A stretch of 64,000 nucleotides of DNA. It comes from an uncultured bacterium (GTDB lineage Bacteria > Methylomirabilota > Methylomirabilia > Rokubacteriales > DASRDR01). The notes under the pieces are model-generated. The model was not told where the DNA came from and made no database searches. It saw only the letters and a list, made by a program, of their open reading frames with translations. The stretch spans positions 940 through 64,939 of the forward strand of contig CAYXBJ010000126.1 in the NCBI GenBank assembly GCA_964463175.1, read 5' to 3'. A program made the position numbers and the translations under genes. Below, piece by piece: positions 1 to 10,470 of this stretch (positions within the stretch are counted from its first letter, which is position 1; every line of letters begins with the position of its first letter).

Positions 1-55
1 GGGCCACCATGAGGAAGGTCGCGATGAGCAAGAGAATCGCCGTGAGCTTGGCCAT
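1..55 (-). CDS. N-terminus of a probable exported protein (MAKLTAILLLIATFLMVA...), truncated by the window edge
   Basis: ATG at 55-53 preceded by GGAGGAG RBS (about 64-70). Lys followed by a hydrophobic stretch looks like a signal peptide. Sigma54 promoter lies upstream. Not in the ORF track. Confidence 0.7.
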   Translation of the reverse strand, partial: MAKLTAILLLIATFLMVA

Positions 56-120
56 GGACGTGTCTCCTCCATGCGCCCCACCAAGGGGCGCGTTTTGTGG
101 GTGTCGGGAGCAGATGGAAA

Positions 121-135
121 GCAATGGCGGGGCCA
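121..135 (-). promoter_or_regulatory. sigma54 (-24/-12) promoter
   Basis: Minus strand reads TGGCCCCGCCATTGC, matching TGGC-N7-TTGC with exact GG/GC spacing, about 65 nt upstream of the ATG at 55. Confidence 0.75.
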
Positions 136-236
136 CGGCGAATCGGGGACGGAGCTGGAACCCGGAAGTGCGCGCTGCAGCAACGAAATCGTGAGTCCTT
201 CGCCAGGACGCCATGTCGTCTATCGACGGTGGTGAG

Positions 237-349
237 TGCACTGTTTCCTGTGCACTTCCTACCCGGATCCGGGGGGACCTACGTTGATGAGACTTTGAGA
301 ATCAGGTCTTTACCGATCGGTGCACACTGGACTGTGCACACTGCACTGT

Positions 350-359
<10 letters not shown>
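237..359. promoter_or_regulatory. Three palindromic enhancer-binding-protein sites TGCAC-N8-GTGCA (237-254, 321-338, 342-359)
   Basis: TGCAC-TGTTTCCT-GTGCA, TGCAC-ACTGGACT-GTGCA and TGCAC-TGTCTACT-GTGCA. They resemble the NtrC site (TGCAC-N7-GTGCA) and lie 100-225 bp upstream of a sigma54 promoter. Confidence 0.7.
300..312 (+). promoter_or_regulatory. IHF-binding consensus site
   Basis: AATCAGGTCTTTA matches WATCARNNNNTTR exactly and lies between the distal enhancer pair and the sigma54 promoter. Confidence 0.5.
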
Positions 360-1786
<1,427 letters not shown>

Positions 1787-1791
1787 GCGCG

Positions 1792-2463
1792 TCAGCGCGA
1801 CGCCCGGACGGCCCCCGGATCCGGCTCGTAGAGCACGAACCGCATGGGTGTCGGCCGATGGGCGTTGGTCGGAGTGATGTCCGAGGGGCACGCCGAGTTG
1901 GCGGCCACCACGTCCATCTCGGCCAGGAGGTCGACGTAGTCGCCCGCCTGCGAGGGCGCCGCCATCGGGCGGACCGCTCCGTCCGGTTGCACCGGCCACT
2001 GCATGAAGAAGTTGAACGAGAAGGGCACGTCGGCGAGGTCGATGCCCCAGGGCGCGAGCGACTCGGCCAGGTTCGAGCGGCAGCTCCGGTGCGGCCCGGT
2101 GTAGTCGAGCCGGTTCCGGTAGTACTCCTCGCTGCAGGACCCGCAGATGAGGTCGTGCACGCCGACCGTGTCGGCGATCAGCCGCATCATCGGTCGCCCC
2201 CGGTCGGAGACCAGGGCCGCGCCCACCTTCGGATAGATGGTGCGGTTGAAGAGGACCGTGTTCTGCGGCGAATAGCGCTCCCCGAGGTCGTCCCGGTTGA
2301 AGCAGACGAAGTCGCCGACCTGCTGGCCGTCGACGTCGATCACCCGCAGGACGAGCCCGCGCGCCACCTCGATCGCGGCGCCGTGGCGCGCGGCGATCTC
2401 GATCTCGCGGATCACGCGGCCCGGCACCGAGTCCCGTCCGAGAGCGGTCTTGCTCACTCGCAT
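1792..2463 (-). CDS. Urea carboxylase-associated family protein (DUF1989)
   Basis: RVIDVDGQQVGDF, HDLICGSC, HRSCRSNL, FNFFM, GDYVDLLAEMDVVAANSACP motifs. ATG at 2463 after a G-rich RBS. Confidence 0.85.
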   Translation of the reverse strand: MRVSKTALGRDSVPGRVIREIEIAARHGAAIEVARGLVLRVIDVDGQQVGDFVCFNRDDLGERYSPQNTVLFNRTIYPKVGAALVSDRGRPMMRLIADTVGVHDLICGSCSEEYYRNRLDYTGPHRSCRSNLAESLAPWGIDLADVPFSFNFFMQWPVQPDGAVRPMAAPSQAGDYVDLLAEMDVVAANSACPSDITPTNAHRPTPMRFVLYEPDPGAVRASR

Positions 2464-2577
2464 ACCCCCGCAGGCCGGCGTCGCGATACCGCCGGGCGTG
2501 CGGGGCGAGCGTACCACAGCCGGCCACGGTATGATGGCCGCCGAAAATCGGCGGAACGGCTCGCCAGGAGGACGTGG

Positions 2578-3420
2578 ATGGGACGGCTCGAGGGCAAGGT
2601 GGCGATGGTGACCGGCAGCGGCGGACAGAACGGCTTCGGGCGCGCGATCGCGCGGAAGCTGGCGGGCGAGGGAGCGGACCTCGTGCTCACGGACGTCACG
2701 CCGGCGGGCGTTCGCGTGGTGGCGTCGAAGGCCACCGCCGGATGGCGCGGGCTCGAGGCGGTCGCCGACGAGGTCCGCGCCGCCGGCCGCCGCGCCGTCA
2801 CGGCGCTGGTCGACGTGCGCGCGACGGATCAGGTGCAGCGCGCGGTCGAGCTGGCCGACCGGACGTTCGGCCGGATCGACATCCTCGTCAACAACGCCGC
2901 CGCGCCACCCGGCGCCGACCGCGTCCCGGTGGTCGAGCTCGCGGAGGAGGCCTGGCGCACGGTCCTGGAGACCAATCTCACCGGCACCTATCTCTGCAGC
3001 CGGGCGGTTGCCGGGCTCATGGTGGCGCGCGGGACGCGGGGCCGCATCATCAACATGTCCTCGAACTGCGGCAAGGTCGGGTACCCGCGCCTGGCCGCGT
3101 ACTGCGCGTCGAAGTTCGGCGTGATCGGGTTCACCCAGGCCCTGGCCATGGAGCTCGCGCCCAACGGCATCACCGTCAACGCGATCTGCCCGGGCTCGGC
3201 CGACACCGATCGGCTCGACTATCTGGGACGACGGCCCGACGGCACCTACGATCCGGCGCTGCATGCGGGCGGCATCGCCGAGCGCGCGGCCCAGATTCCA
3301 CTCCGCCGCGTCGCGACGGCCGATGACGTCGCGGAGCTGGCGGCGTTCCTCGGCTCGGACGCGGCCGGCTACGTCACCGGGCAGGCGATCAACCTGGCCG
3401 GCGGCGCGATCATGCACTGA
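2578..3420 (+). CDS. Short-chain dehydrogenase/reductase (FabG-like classical SDR)
   Basis: LEGKVAMVTGSGG..GFG, LVNNAA, YCASK catalytic motif, VNAICPG. AGGAGG RBS before ATG 2578. Confidence 0.92.
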   Translation: MGRLEGKVAMVTGSGGQNGFGRAIARKLAGEGADLVLTDVTPAGVRVVASKATAGWRGLEAVADEVRAAGRRAVTALVDVRATDQVQRAVELADRTFGRIDILVNNAAAPPGADRVPVVELAEEAWRTVLETNLTGTYLCSRAVAGLMVARGTRGRIINMSSNCGKVGYPRLAAYCASKFGVIGFTQALAMELAPNGITVNAICPGSADTDRLDYLGRRPDGTYDPALHAGGIAERAAQIPLRRVATADDVAELAAFLGSDAAGYVTGQAINLAGGAIMH

Positions 3421-3495
3421 CGGGTCGCGGCTGGCAGGCCGGCCGGGTTTGCGCTAGGCTGGTGCCCGGCGCTCGTTGATCCGACTCCTCCGGAC

Positions 3496-4536
3496 GTGAG
3501 CCACATGGAATCGGAACCGACCCCCCGCGCTCGGCCGGCCCGGATTCCGGGCCTTGTCGTGCTGCCGTCCCTTCTCGCCCTGGCCGGCTGCGGCCTCCTG
3601 GACTCGCCGGCGACGACGCTCCTGCCGCGATCCGACTTCGGCTGGATCTCGCACCGCATCTTCCTGCAGATTCTCCGGTGGGACACCGTCATCTTCCTCG
3701 TCGTCCAGACGCTCCTGCTGATCGCCGTCTTCCGCTTCCGCGAGCGCGATCCCGGGGCATCGCTCCCCCGGCAGGTGCGCGGCAGCGCGGTGCTCGAGAT
3801 CATCTGGACGCTGATCCCGGCGGTTATCCTCAGCTTCATCGCCTTCCCAACCGTGGCGGCGATCTTCCGGACCCAGGCCATGCCGCCCAAGGACGCGCTC
3901 CGCGTGAAGGTCGTCGGGCACCAGTGGTGGTGGGAGTTCCAGTACCCCGAGCTCGGGATCGTCACGGCGACCGACCTCCATCTCCCGGTCGGCCGCCCGG
4001 TGAGCCTCGAGATCGCCAGCACCGACGTCATCCACAGCTTCTGGGTGCCGGGGCTCGGCGGCAAGCGCGACGCCATCCCGGGCAGCCTGACGCGGATCGT
4101 CCTGACCGCCGATACGCCGGGCGAGTACTACGGCCAGTGCGCCGAGTTCTGCGGCGCGTCGCACGCGAACATGCGTCACCGGGCGGTGGTGGAGACGTCG
4201 GAGGCCTTCACCGCCTGGGTCGCCAAGCAGAAGGAGCCGGCCGCAACGCCGCCGGACGGCTCCCCCGCCGCCACCGGCCTGCGGATCTACCTCATGGGCA
4301 CGTGCGTCGGCTGCCACACGGTGCGGGGGGTATCGGGCGGCGGGATCGGGCCCGATCTCACCCACTTCGGCTCGCGCAAGACCATCGCCGGTGGCATCCT
4401 GCCGAACACCCCGGAGAACCTGGCGCGCTGGGTGCGGCACGCACCGGACGTGAAACCGGGATCCATCATGCCCGAGCAAAAGCTCTCCGACCCGGAGGTG
4501 GCGTCCCTGGTCGCCTACCTCCTGAGCCTCCGGTAG
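3496..4536 (+). CDS. coxB: Cytochrome c oxidase subunit II with C-terminal cytochrome c domain (caa3-type), lipoprotein
   Basis: LALAGC lipobox, LEIIWTLIP, GHQWWWEF, DVIHSFWVP and CAEFCGASHANM CuA ligands, CVGCH heme c motif. Start may be ATG 3505. Confidence 0.95.
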   Translation: MSHMESEPTPRARPARIPGLVVLPSLLALAGCGLLDSPATTLLPRSDFGWISHRIFLQILRWDTVIFLVVQTLLLIAVFRFRERDPGASLPRQVRGSAVLEIIWTLIPAVILSFIAFPTVAAIFRTQAMPPKDALRVKVVGHQWWWEFQYPELGIVTATDLHLPVGRPVSLEIASTDVIHSFWVPGLGGKRDAIPGSLTRIVLTADTPGEYYGQCAEFCGASHANMRHRAVVETSEAFTAWVAKQKEPAATPPDGSPAATGLRIYLMGTCVGCHTVRGVSGGGIGPDLTHFGSRKTIAGGILPNTPENLARWVRHAPDVKPGSIMPEQKLSDPEVASLVAYLLSLR

Positions 4537-7010
4537 TGGCGACCGCGGGCGCGTCCGGGGCGGGTGGTCACGCGGTGCCGGTCTCGATGGCCGCCCACGC
4601 CGCGCCGGCCGCCGAGGCGCGCGGGCTCGTGAGCTGGCTCACGACCGTCGACCACAAGCGGATCGGCCTCCTCTATGGCACGTCGGCCCTGGCCTTCTTC
4701 CTGATCGCGGGGCTGGAAGCCCTCGTGATGCGGCTCCAGCTCGCGCGGCCCGACGGGCAGCTCGTCGGCGCCCAGCGTTTCAACGAGCTCTTCACCATGC
4801 ACGGGACCAGCATGGTGTTCCTCGCCGTGATGCCGCTCTCGGCCGCCTTCTTCAACTACCTCATCCCGCTCATGATCGGCGCGAGGGACGTGGCGTTCCC
4901 GCGGCTCAACGCCTTCTCGTACTGGGTGTTCCTGCTGGGCGGCCTCTTCCTGAACGCGAGCTGGCTCACCGGGACGCCGCCGGACGCCGGCTGGTTCGGC
5001 TACGCGCCCCTCACCTCGCGACCGTTCTCGGTCGGGCCAAACTCGGACTTCTGGCTTCTCGGCCTCGTCTTCCTGGGGACGTCGAGCATCCTGGCGTCCT
5101 TGAACTTCCTGGTGACGATCCTCAACCTCCGGGCGCCCGGCATGACGTTCCTCCGGCTGCCGATCTTCGTCTGGACGACGCTCGTCACCAACGTCCTGAT
5201 CCTGCTCGCGTTCCCGCCCATCACGGTCGCGCTCATCTTCCTCATGTTCGACCGCTTCTTCGGGACCTCCTTCTACATCCCATCCGGCGGCGGCTCCCCG
5301 CTGCTCTGGCAGCATCTCTTCTGGATCTTCGGGCATCCCGAGGTCTACATCCTCATCCTGCCGGCGATGGGGATCGTCTCCGAGGTGCTTCCGACGTTCG
5401 CGCGAAAGCCCCTGTTCGGCTATCCCTCGATGGTCTACGCGACGGCGCTGATCGGTTTCCTGGGCTTCGGCGTCTGGGCGCACCACATGTTCGCGGTCGG
5501 CATGGGGCCGATCGCCGACTCCGCGTTCTCCCTGACGACGATGCTCATCGCGATCCCCACCGGCATCAAGATCTTCAACTGGCTCTCGACCCTGTGGGGC
5601 GGGTCGCTCCGGCTCAGGACGCCCTTCTGCTTCGCGGCGGCGTTCGTCGCCATGTTCACGATCGGGGGCCTGTCGGGCATCATGCACGCCTCGCCGCCAG
5701 TGGACCTCCAGCAGACCGACTCCTACTTCGTGGTAGCGCACTTTCACTACGTGCTGTTCGGCGGCATGGTGCTGGCCCTGTTCGCGGGGGTCTACTACTG
5801 GTTCCCGAAGATGACGGGCCGACTGCTCGACGAGCGGCTCGGTCAGATCCACTTCTGGCTCATCCTGATCGGCTTCAACCTGACGTTCTTTCCCATGCAC
5901 TTCCTGGGGCTGATGGGAATGCCGCGGCGGATCTATACCTACGCGCCGGGGCTCGGCTGGGACTTCTGGAACCTGGTCGCCACCGTCGGCGCCATCACCC
6001 AGGGCGTCGCGATCCTCGTCTTCCTCGCCAACATCGGCCGCAGCCTGCGTCGCGGCGCCGTCGCGGGACCGGACCCGTGGGATGCGCGAACCCTCGAGTG
6101 GGCGCTGCCCTCGCCGCCGCCCGAGTACAACTTCGCGACGCTCCCCACGGTCCGCCGGCGCGACGCCCTCTGGCTGACGAAGCACCCGGACGCGCGAGGC
6201 CCGGGGCTCGCCGATCTCCGCGCCCTCGTCACCCCGGTGGGATCGATCCACATGCCGGCGCCGTCCCACTGGCCGATCCTCACCGCGCTCGCGATCACCG
6301 TCCTGGTGTCCGGCGCGCTCCTGCATCTCGGCGTGGTCATCGTCGGCGCGATCCTGACGCTGCTCGCCGTCCTCGCCTTCGCGACGGAGCTGGTCCCCGC
6401 GCGCGCGAGCGACATCGCGCACCCCGGCGACGCGCACGAGGATCCCCACGTCGGCGCGACCGGCCTGGACCACCGGAAGCTCGGCATCTGGGTTTTCATC
6501 GGCTCGGAGTGCTTGTTCTTCGGCACGCTGGTGTCAACCTACATGGTCTACCGCGGACGGAGCCTCCAGGGCCCCTATCCGCACGAGATCCTGAACGTGC
6601 CGCTCATCACGGTGAGCACGTTCATCCTCCTCATGTCGAGCCTCACGATGGTGCTCGGTGTCGCGGCCATCCAGGGGCGGGACGCGCGCGGCGCGCGCCG
6701 CTGGCTCCTCTCGACCGCCGCGCTGGGAGGCCTGTTCCTCGCGGGCCAGGTGTTCGAGTTCAGCCACTTCGTCCACGAGGGGCTCGGGCTCACCACGAAC
6801 CTGTTCGCCGCGACCTTCTACGTCATGGTGGGCTTCCACGGCGCCCACGTCACCGTGGGCGTGATCTGGCTGTCGACGCTCTGGTATCTCCTGACGCGCG
6901 GGCGTCTGGGCGTGCGGGACGAGGCGCTCGTCGACATGGCCGGGCTCTACTGGCACTTCGTCGACGTCGTGTGGATCGCGATCTTCACCCTGGTCTACCT
7001 GATCCAGTAG
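4536..7010 (+). CDS. ctaD: Cytochrome c oxidase subunit I fused to subunit III (A1-type heme-copper oxidase)
   Basis: TTVDHKRIG (D-channel), TMHG, GHPEVY, WAHHMF, VVAHFHYV, GMPRR, then in the same frame subunit III motifs GIWVFIGSE, GFHGAHV, YWHFVDVVW. Start GTG 4536 (overlaps the coxB stop) or ATG 4587. Confidence 0.95.
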   Translation: MATAGASGAGGHAVPVSMAAHAAPAAEARGLVSWLTTVDHKRIGLLYGTSALAFFLIAGLEALVMRLQLARPDGQLVGAQRFNELFTMHGTSMVFLAVMPLSAAFFNYLIPLMIGARDVAFPRLNAFSYWVFLLGGLFLNASWLTGTPPDAGWFGYAPLTSRPFSVGPNSDFWLLGLVFLGTSSILASLNFLVTILNLRAPGMTFLRLPIFVWTTLVTNVLILLAFPPITVALIFLMFDRFFGTSFYIPSGGGSPLLWQHLFWIFGHPEVYILILPAMGIVSEVLPTFARKPLFGYPSMVYATALIGFLGFGVWAHHMFAVGMGPIADSAFSLTTMLIAIPTGIKIFNWLSTLWGGSLRLRTPFCFAAAFVAMFTIGGLSGIMHASPPVDLQQTDSYFVVAHFHYVLFGGMVLALFAGVYYWFPKMTGRLLDERLGQIHFWLILIGFNLTFFPMHFLGLMGMPRRIYTYAPGLGWDFWNLVATVGAITQGVAILVFLANIGRSLRRGAVAGPDPWDARTLEWALPSPPPEYNFATLPTVRRRDALWLTKHPDARGPGLADLRALVTPVGSIHMPAPSHWPILTALAITVLVSGALLHLGVVIVGAILTLLAVLAFATELVPARASDIAHPGDAHEDPHVGATGLDHRKLGIWVFIGSECLFFGTLVSTYMVYRGRSLQGPYPHEILNVPLITVSTFILLMSSLTMVLGVAAIQGRDARGARRWLLSTAALGGLFLAGQVFEFSHFVHEGLGLTTNLFAATFYVMVGFHGAHVTVGVIWLSTLWYLLTRGRLGVRDEALVDMAGLYWHFVDVVWIAIFTLVYLIQ

Positions 7011-7052
7011 GATCGGCCAATAGGTGGAAGGACGCGGAGGGGGACGACGGAC

Positions 7053-7424
7053 GTGAGCGGACAATCCTCCGGGGGTCAGGGCCATCGCGCGGAGACCGGC
7101 CTCGCGGCCGGCGTCGCGCACACCGGCGCCGGGCCGCGCACCTATCTCGTCGTGGCGGCCTTCCTCGTGGCGATCACCGTCATGGAGGTCTGGATCTTCT
7201 ACGTCCCGGCCCTGGCCCGCGTCCTCGTGCCGGTCCTGCTGATCCTGTCCACCCTGAAGTTCAGCCTGGTCGCGATGTTCTACATGCACCTCCGGTTCGA
7301 TCACGCCTGGTTCTCCTACGTCTTCGTCGGGCCGCTCATCATCGTGATCGGCCTGGCGGTGGCGCTGCTCTGGCTCTTCGGCCACATCGGCACGACGGGC
7401 GTGGTCCCGCCGGGAGCCGGATGA
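7053..7424 (+). CDS. Cytochrome c oxidase subunit IV (prokaryotic COX4/CtaF-like)
   Basis: YLVVAAFLVAITVMEV, LILSTLKFSLVAMFYMHLRFD motif, three TM helices, position in the operon. Confidence 0.88.
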   Translation: MSGQSSGGQGHRAETGLAAGVAHTGAGPRTYLVVAAFLVAITVMEVWIFYVPALARVLVPVLLILSTLKFSLVAMFYMHLRFDHAWFSYVFVGPLIIVIGLAVALLWLFGHIGTTGVVPPGAG

Positions 7425-8248
7425 CGTCGATGACCGAGTTTCACTGGCATCCGGAGATCGCCCTCGGGCTGGAGGTGGTGCTGGCCGGCTACCTCCTGGC
7501 GACGGGCGTCCTGCGGCGCCGCTTCCGCCTCGGACCGCCGCCGGCCCGCGGCCGCGTCGCGGCGTTCCTCGCCGGCACAGGGATCCTGGCCGGCGCGGTG
7601 CTGGGGCCGCTCGCCGGGTGGGCGGAGCACGCCGCGCTGTCGGCGCACATGGTCCAGCACCTCCTGCTCATGCTGGTCGTGCCGCTCCTGTGGCTCCTGG
7701 GCCTCCCGCCCTGGCTGCTCTCGCCGGTCGCGCGCGCGCCCGTGATCGGACGCCTCGGCTGGTGGCTCACCCGTCCGCTCACCGCGCTCGCCCTCGCGTC
7801 CGCGGTCCAGGTGGCGTGGCACGTGCCTTTGGCGTTCGACGCTGCCCTCCGCGTGAACGCCCTCCATGCGCTCGAGCACATCTCGTTCCTCGTCGCGGGG
7901 CTCCTCTTCTGGTGGCCGATCGCCGGCCCGGCGCCGGAGTGGCCGCGGCCAAGCCCGCCCGCCCAGCTCCTCTACCTGTTCCTGGCCACGATTCCGATGA
8001 TGGCGATCGCCGCGCCGATCACCCTCGCCGAGGACGTTCTCTATCCGTTCTACGTGGGCACCAGCCCGGCGTGGCCGCTCGCCCCCCGGGCGGATCAGGA
8101 GGTGGCGGGGCTCCTCATGTGGGTGGGCGGGATGCTCGGATATCTCGCCGCGGGGACCGTGGTGTTCTTCCGGTGGGCGGGGCCCGAGGCGCGCGAGGAT
8201 GGCGAGGCGCCCCTCGCCGGGGCGGAGGCGGCCGCGCATGGCACCTGA
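7421..8248 (+). CDS. ctaG: Cytochrome c oxidase caa3-type assembly factor
   Basis: LSAHMVQHLLLMLVVPLL, QVAWHVP, HALEH, DQEVAGLLMWVGG motifs. ATGA overlap with subunit IV. Confidence 0.9.
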   Translation: MTSMTEFHWHPEIALGLEVVLAGYLLATGVLRRRFRLGPPPARGRVAAFLAGTGILAGAVLGPLAGWAEHAALSAHMVQHLLLMLVVPLLWLLGLPPWLLSPVARAPVIGRLGWWLTRPLTALALASAVQVAWHVPLAFDAALRVNALHALEHISFLVAGLLFWWPIAGPAPEWPRPSPPAQLLYLFLATIPMMAIAAPITLAEDVLYPFYVGTSPAWPLAPRADQEVAGLLMWVGGMLGYLAAGTVVFFRWAGPEAREDGEAPLAGAEAAAHGT

Positions 8249-9200
8249 GAGCCGGATCGTCCGCGAGGGGATCGTGGCGGGCCTGATCGGCGCCGCTGCC
8301 GTGGCGATCCTCATCCTGCTGTTCGACGTGGGGGGCGGCGCGCCGCTCCAGACTCCGGCGATCCTGGGCTCGGCGATCTTGAAGGGCATCCGCGATCCGA
8401 ATCTTGCGACGGTGTCGGCGGGCCCGGTCCTCGGCTACACGATCCTTCACGGTCTCGGGTTCATCGGTGTCGGTCTCGTCGCGGCGTACCTGGTGGCCAG
8501 CGCGGAGCGCGAGCCGGCGATGGTGCTGGCGCTCCTCATCTTCTTCGCGGCGTTCGAGGTCTTCTTCCTGGCACTGATCGCGTTCTGGGCGCTGCCAGTG
8601 CTGGGGGTCCTCGCCTGGTGGGAGATCCTCGCCGGGAACCTCGTCGCCTCCGCCGCGATGCTCTACTACTTCCACCGGCGCCACCGGGGCCTGGCGCGGA
8701 GCCTCATCGGCCGGTGGGTCGACGTCGTTCGCGAGGGCATCGTGGCCGGGCTTCTCGGCGGCTCGGTGGTCGCGGTCTGGTTCCTCCTCTACGACGCCGT
8801 GCGACTCCGCCCGCTCCACACACCCGCGCTTCTCGGCGCCGCGGTGCTCGAGGGACTCCGTGATCCCGAGCTTCTGATCCCGCGCCTGGACGTGGTGGTC
8901 GGCTACACCGTCTTCCACTTCGCGGTGTTCGCCTTCTTCGGGATCGCGGTGGCTGCCTTTCTCATGGCCGCCGAGCGTGAGCCGCGGCTCCTCTTGGGGC
9001 TCCTGGTCCTCTTCCTCTGCTTCCAGGTCTTCTTCTTCGGGTTCCTCCAGGCTCTCGACGCCCTCCTCGCCGGTGCGCTGCCCTGGTGGAACGTGGCGAT
9101 CGGGAACCTGCTCGCGTCGGTCGCCATGATCACGTACTTCTTCCTCGGTCACCGGTCGCTCGGCACACGCCTGATGGAGCGCTGGACCGAGGAGGACTGA
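8238..9200 (+). CDS. Uncharacterised polytopic membrane protein with two internal ~155-aa repeats, last gene of the oxidase operon
   Basis: VREGIVAGL(I/L)G...TPA(I/L)LG.A.L.G.RDP...GYT..H...F...AERE occurs twice. About 8 TM segments. Overlaps the ctaG end. Confidence 0.8.
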   Translation: MAPESRIVREGIVAGLIGAAAVAILILLFDVGGGAPLQTPAILGSAILKGIRDPNLATVSAGPVLGYTILHGLGFIGVGLVAAYLVASAEREPAMVLALLIFFAAFEVFFLALIAFWALPVLGVLAWWEILAGNLVASAAMLYYFHRRHRGLARSLIGRWVDVVREGIVAGLLGGSVVAVWFLLYDAVRLRPLHTPALLGAAVLEGLRDPELLIPRLDVVVGYTVFHFAVFAFFGIAVAAFLMAAEREPRLLLGLLVLFLCFQVFFFGFLQALDALLAGALPWWNVAIGNLLASVAMITYFFLGHRSLGTRLMERWTEED

Positions 9201-9292
9201 CCGGGCGGCTCCTCCGCCGGCCCGCGCGCAGGGGCCGACGGGGCGGCGGCGCGGCGGTTCAGTCGTCGAGCGCCTCCTGGTATCCTGGATGC

Positions 9293-10432
9293 GTGTGGCC
9301 CGCTCCCGTCTGGATCCGGACCGCTGACGAGGCGGAGACGCTCGCCCGGGACCTCCAGGGCGTCGCGGCGATCGCCGTCGACACAGAGGCGGACAGCCTT
9401 CACCACTACCCCGAGCGACTCTGCCTGATCCAGGTCGCGGACCCGCAGGGCCGCGTCTTCTTCCTCGACACGCTCGAGCTCGTCGACCTCGACCCGCTGC
9501 GCCGGCTCTTCGCCGATCCGGGCACGGTGAAGGTGCTCCACAGCGGGGACAACGACGTGGTGTACCTGAAGCGCCGGTTCGGGCTCGCCTTCGCCGGCCT
9601 CTGGGACACGATGCTGGCCGCCCGATTCCTCGGCGTCCGCGAGCTCGGCCTCGAGCGGCTGCTTCTGAAGTACCTCGACGTCCAACCGGCGCGGTCCCAG
9701 CAGAAGACGGACTGGGCCCGGCGTCCGCTGACGCCCGCGCAGGAGCACTACGCCGCCGAGGATGTACGGCACCTCATCACGCTCCGGGAGCGCCTGCTCG
9801 CCGACCTGCGCGCGATCGACCGCGAGAGCTGGCTCGAGGAGGAGTGCGCGGCGCTGGCCGCGCTCGCCGTCCCCGAGCGGCCATCCGAAGAGGATGGATA
9901 CCGGCGGATCCGGGGTGCGTCACGGCTTCCGCCGCGCGGCTTGGCGGTCCTCCGAGTCCTCTATCTCCAGCGCGAGGCGTGGGCGCGCGCCGAGCACCGG
10001 CCACCCTTCAAGGTGTTGAGCCCGGAGACCCTCGTCGCGCTCGCCGAGCGTCCGCCGGCCGAGGCGGCCGCGCTCGTCGGGGTGCCCGGCCTCAGCCCGC
10101 GGCTCGTCGAGCGGTACGGCGAGGGCCTGCTGGCGGCGACGGCCCGGGGGCTCACCGAGCGCTTGCCCGAGCCGCCGCGGACGCCGCGCCCGGTGCGCCC
10201 CATCGTGACCATCGCCAGCCGGCAGCGGGCGGAGACGCTCAAGAAATGGCGGACCGAGGCCGCCGAAGCATCGGGCCTCGATCCGGGGGTCCTCCTCCCG
10301 CAGCGATTGATCGACGCGCTCGCGCTCGACCCGCCGACCGACCTCGCGGGCCTCCGGGACGTGCCCGGGCTCCGGCGCTGGCGCGTCGACGCCTTCGGCC
10401 GCGCGATTCTGGCCGCGCTCCACGCCCCCTGA
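9293..10432 (+). CDS. rnd: Ribonuclease D (DEDD 3'-5' exonuclease + HRDC domains)
   Basis: IAVDTEAD, LCLIQV, KVLH..DND, WDT, TDWARRPL, YAAEDV, C-terminal HRDC-like helices. GTG start 6 nt after a TATCCT -10 box. Confidence 0.9.
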   Translation: MWPAPVWIRTADEAETLARDLQGVAAIAVDTEADSLHHYPERLCLIQVADPQGRVFFLDTLELVDLDPLRRLFADPGTVKVLHSGDNDVVYLKRRFGLAFAGLWDTMLAARFLGVRELGLERLLLKYLDVQPARSQQKTDWARRPLTPAQEHYAAEDVRHLITLRERLLADLRAIDRESWLEEECAALAALAVPERPSEEDGYRRIRGASRLPPRGLAVLRVLYLQREAWARAEHRPPFKVLSPETLVALAERPPAEAAALVGVPGLSPRLVERYGEGLLAATARGLTERLPEPPRTPRPVRPIVTIASRQRAETLKKWRTEAAEASGLDPGVLLPQRLIDALALDPPTDLAGLRDVPGLRRWRVDAFGRAILAALHAP

Positions 10433-10470
10433 CCCCCCGTCCGGCTGAGACTCCTGGGAGGAACCCCCCG

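Noticed and set aside
2464-2577. Guanidine riboswitch upstream of the DUF1989 gene
   Set aside because: I could not find the guanidine-I conserved segments or twin ACGR hairpins in this short divergent intergenic region. An Infernal scan would settle it.
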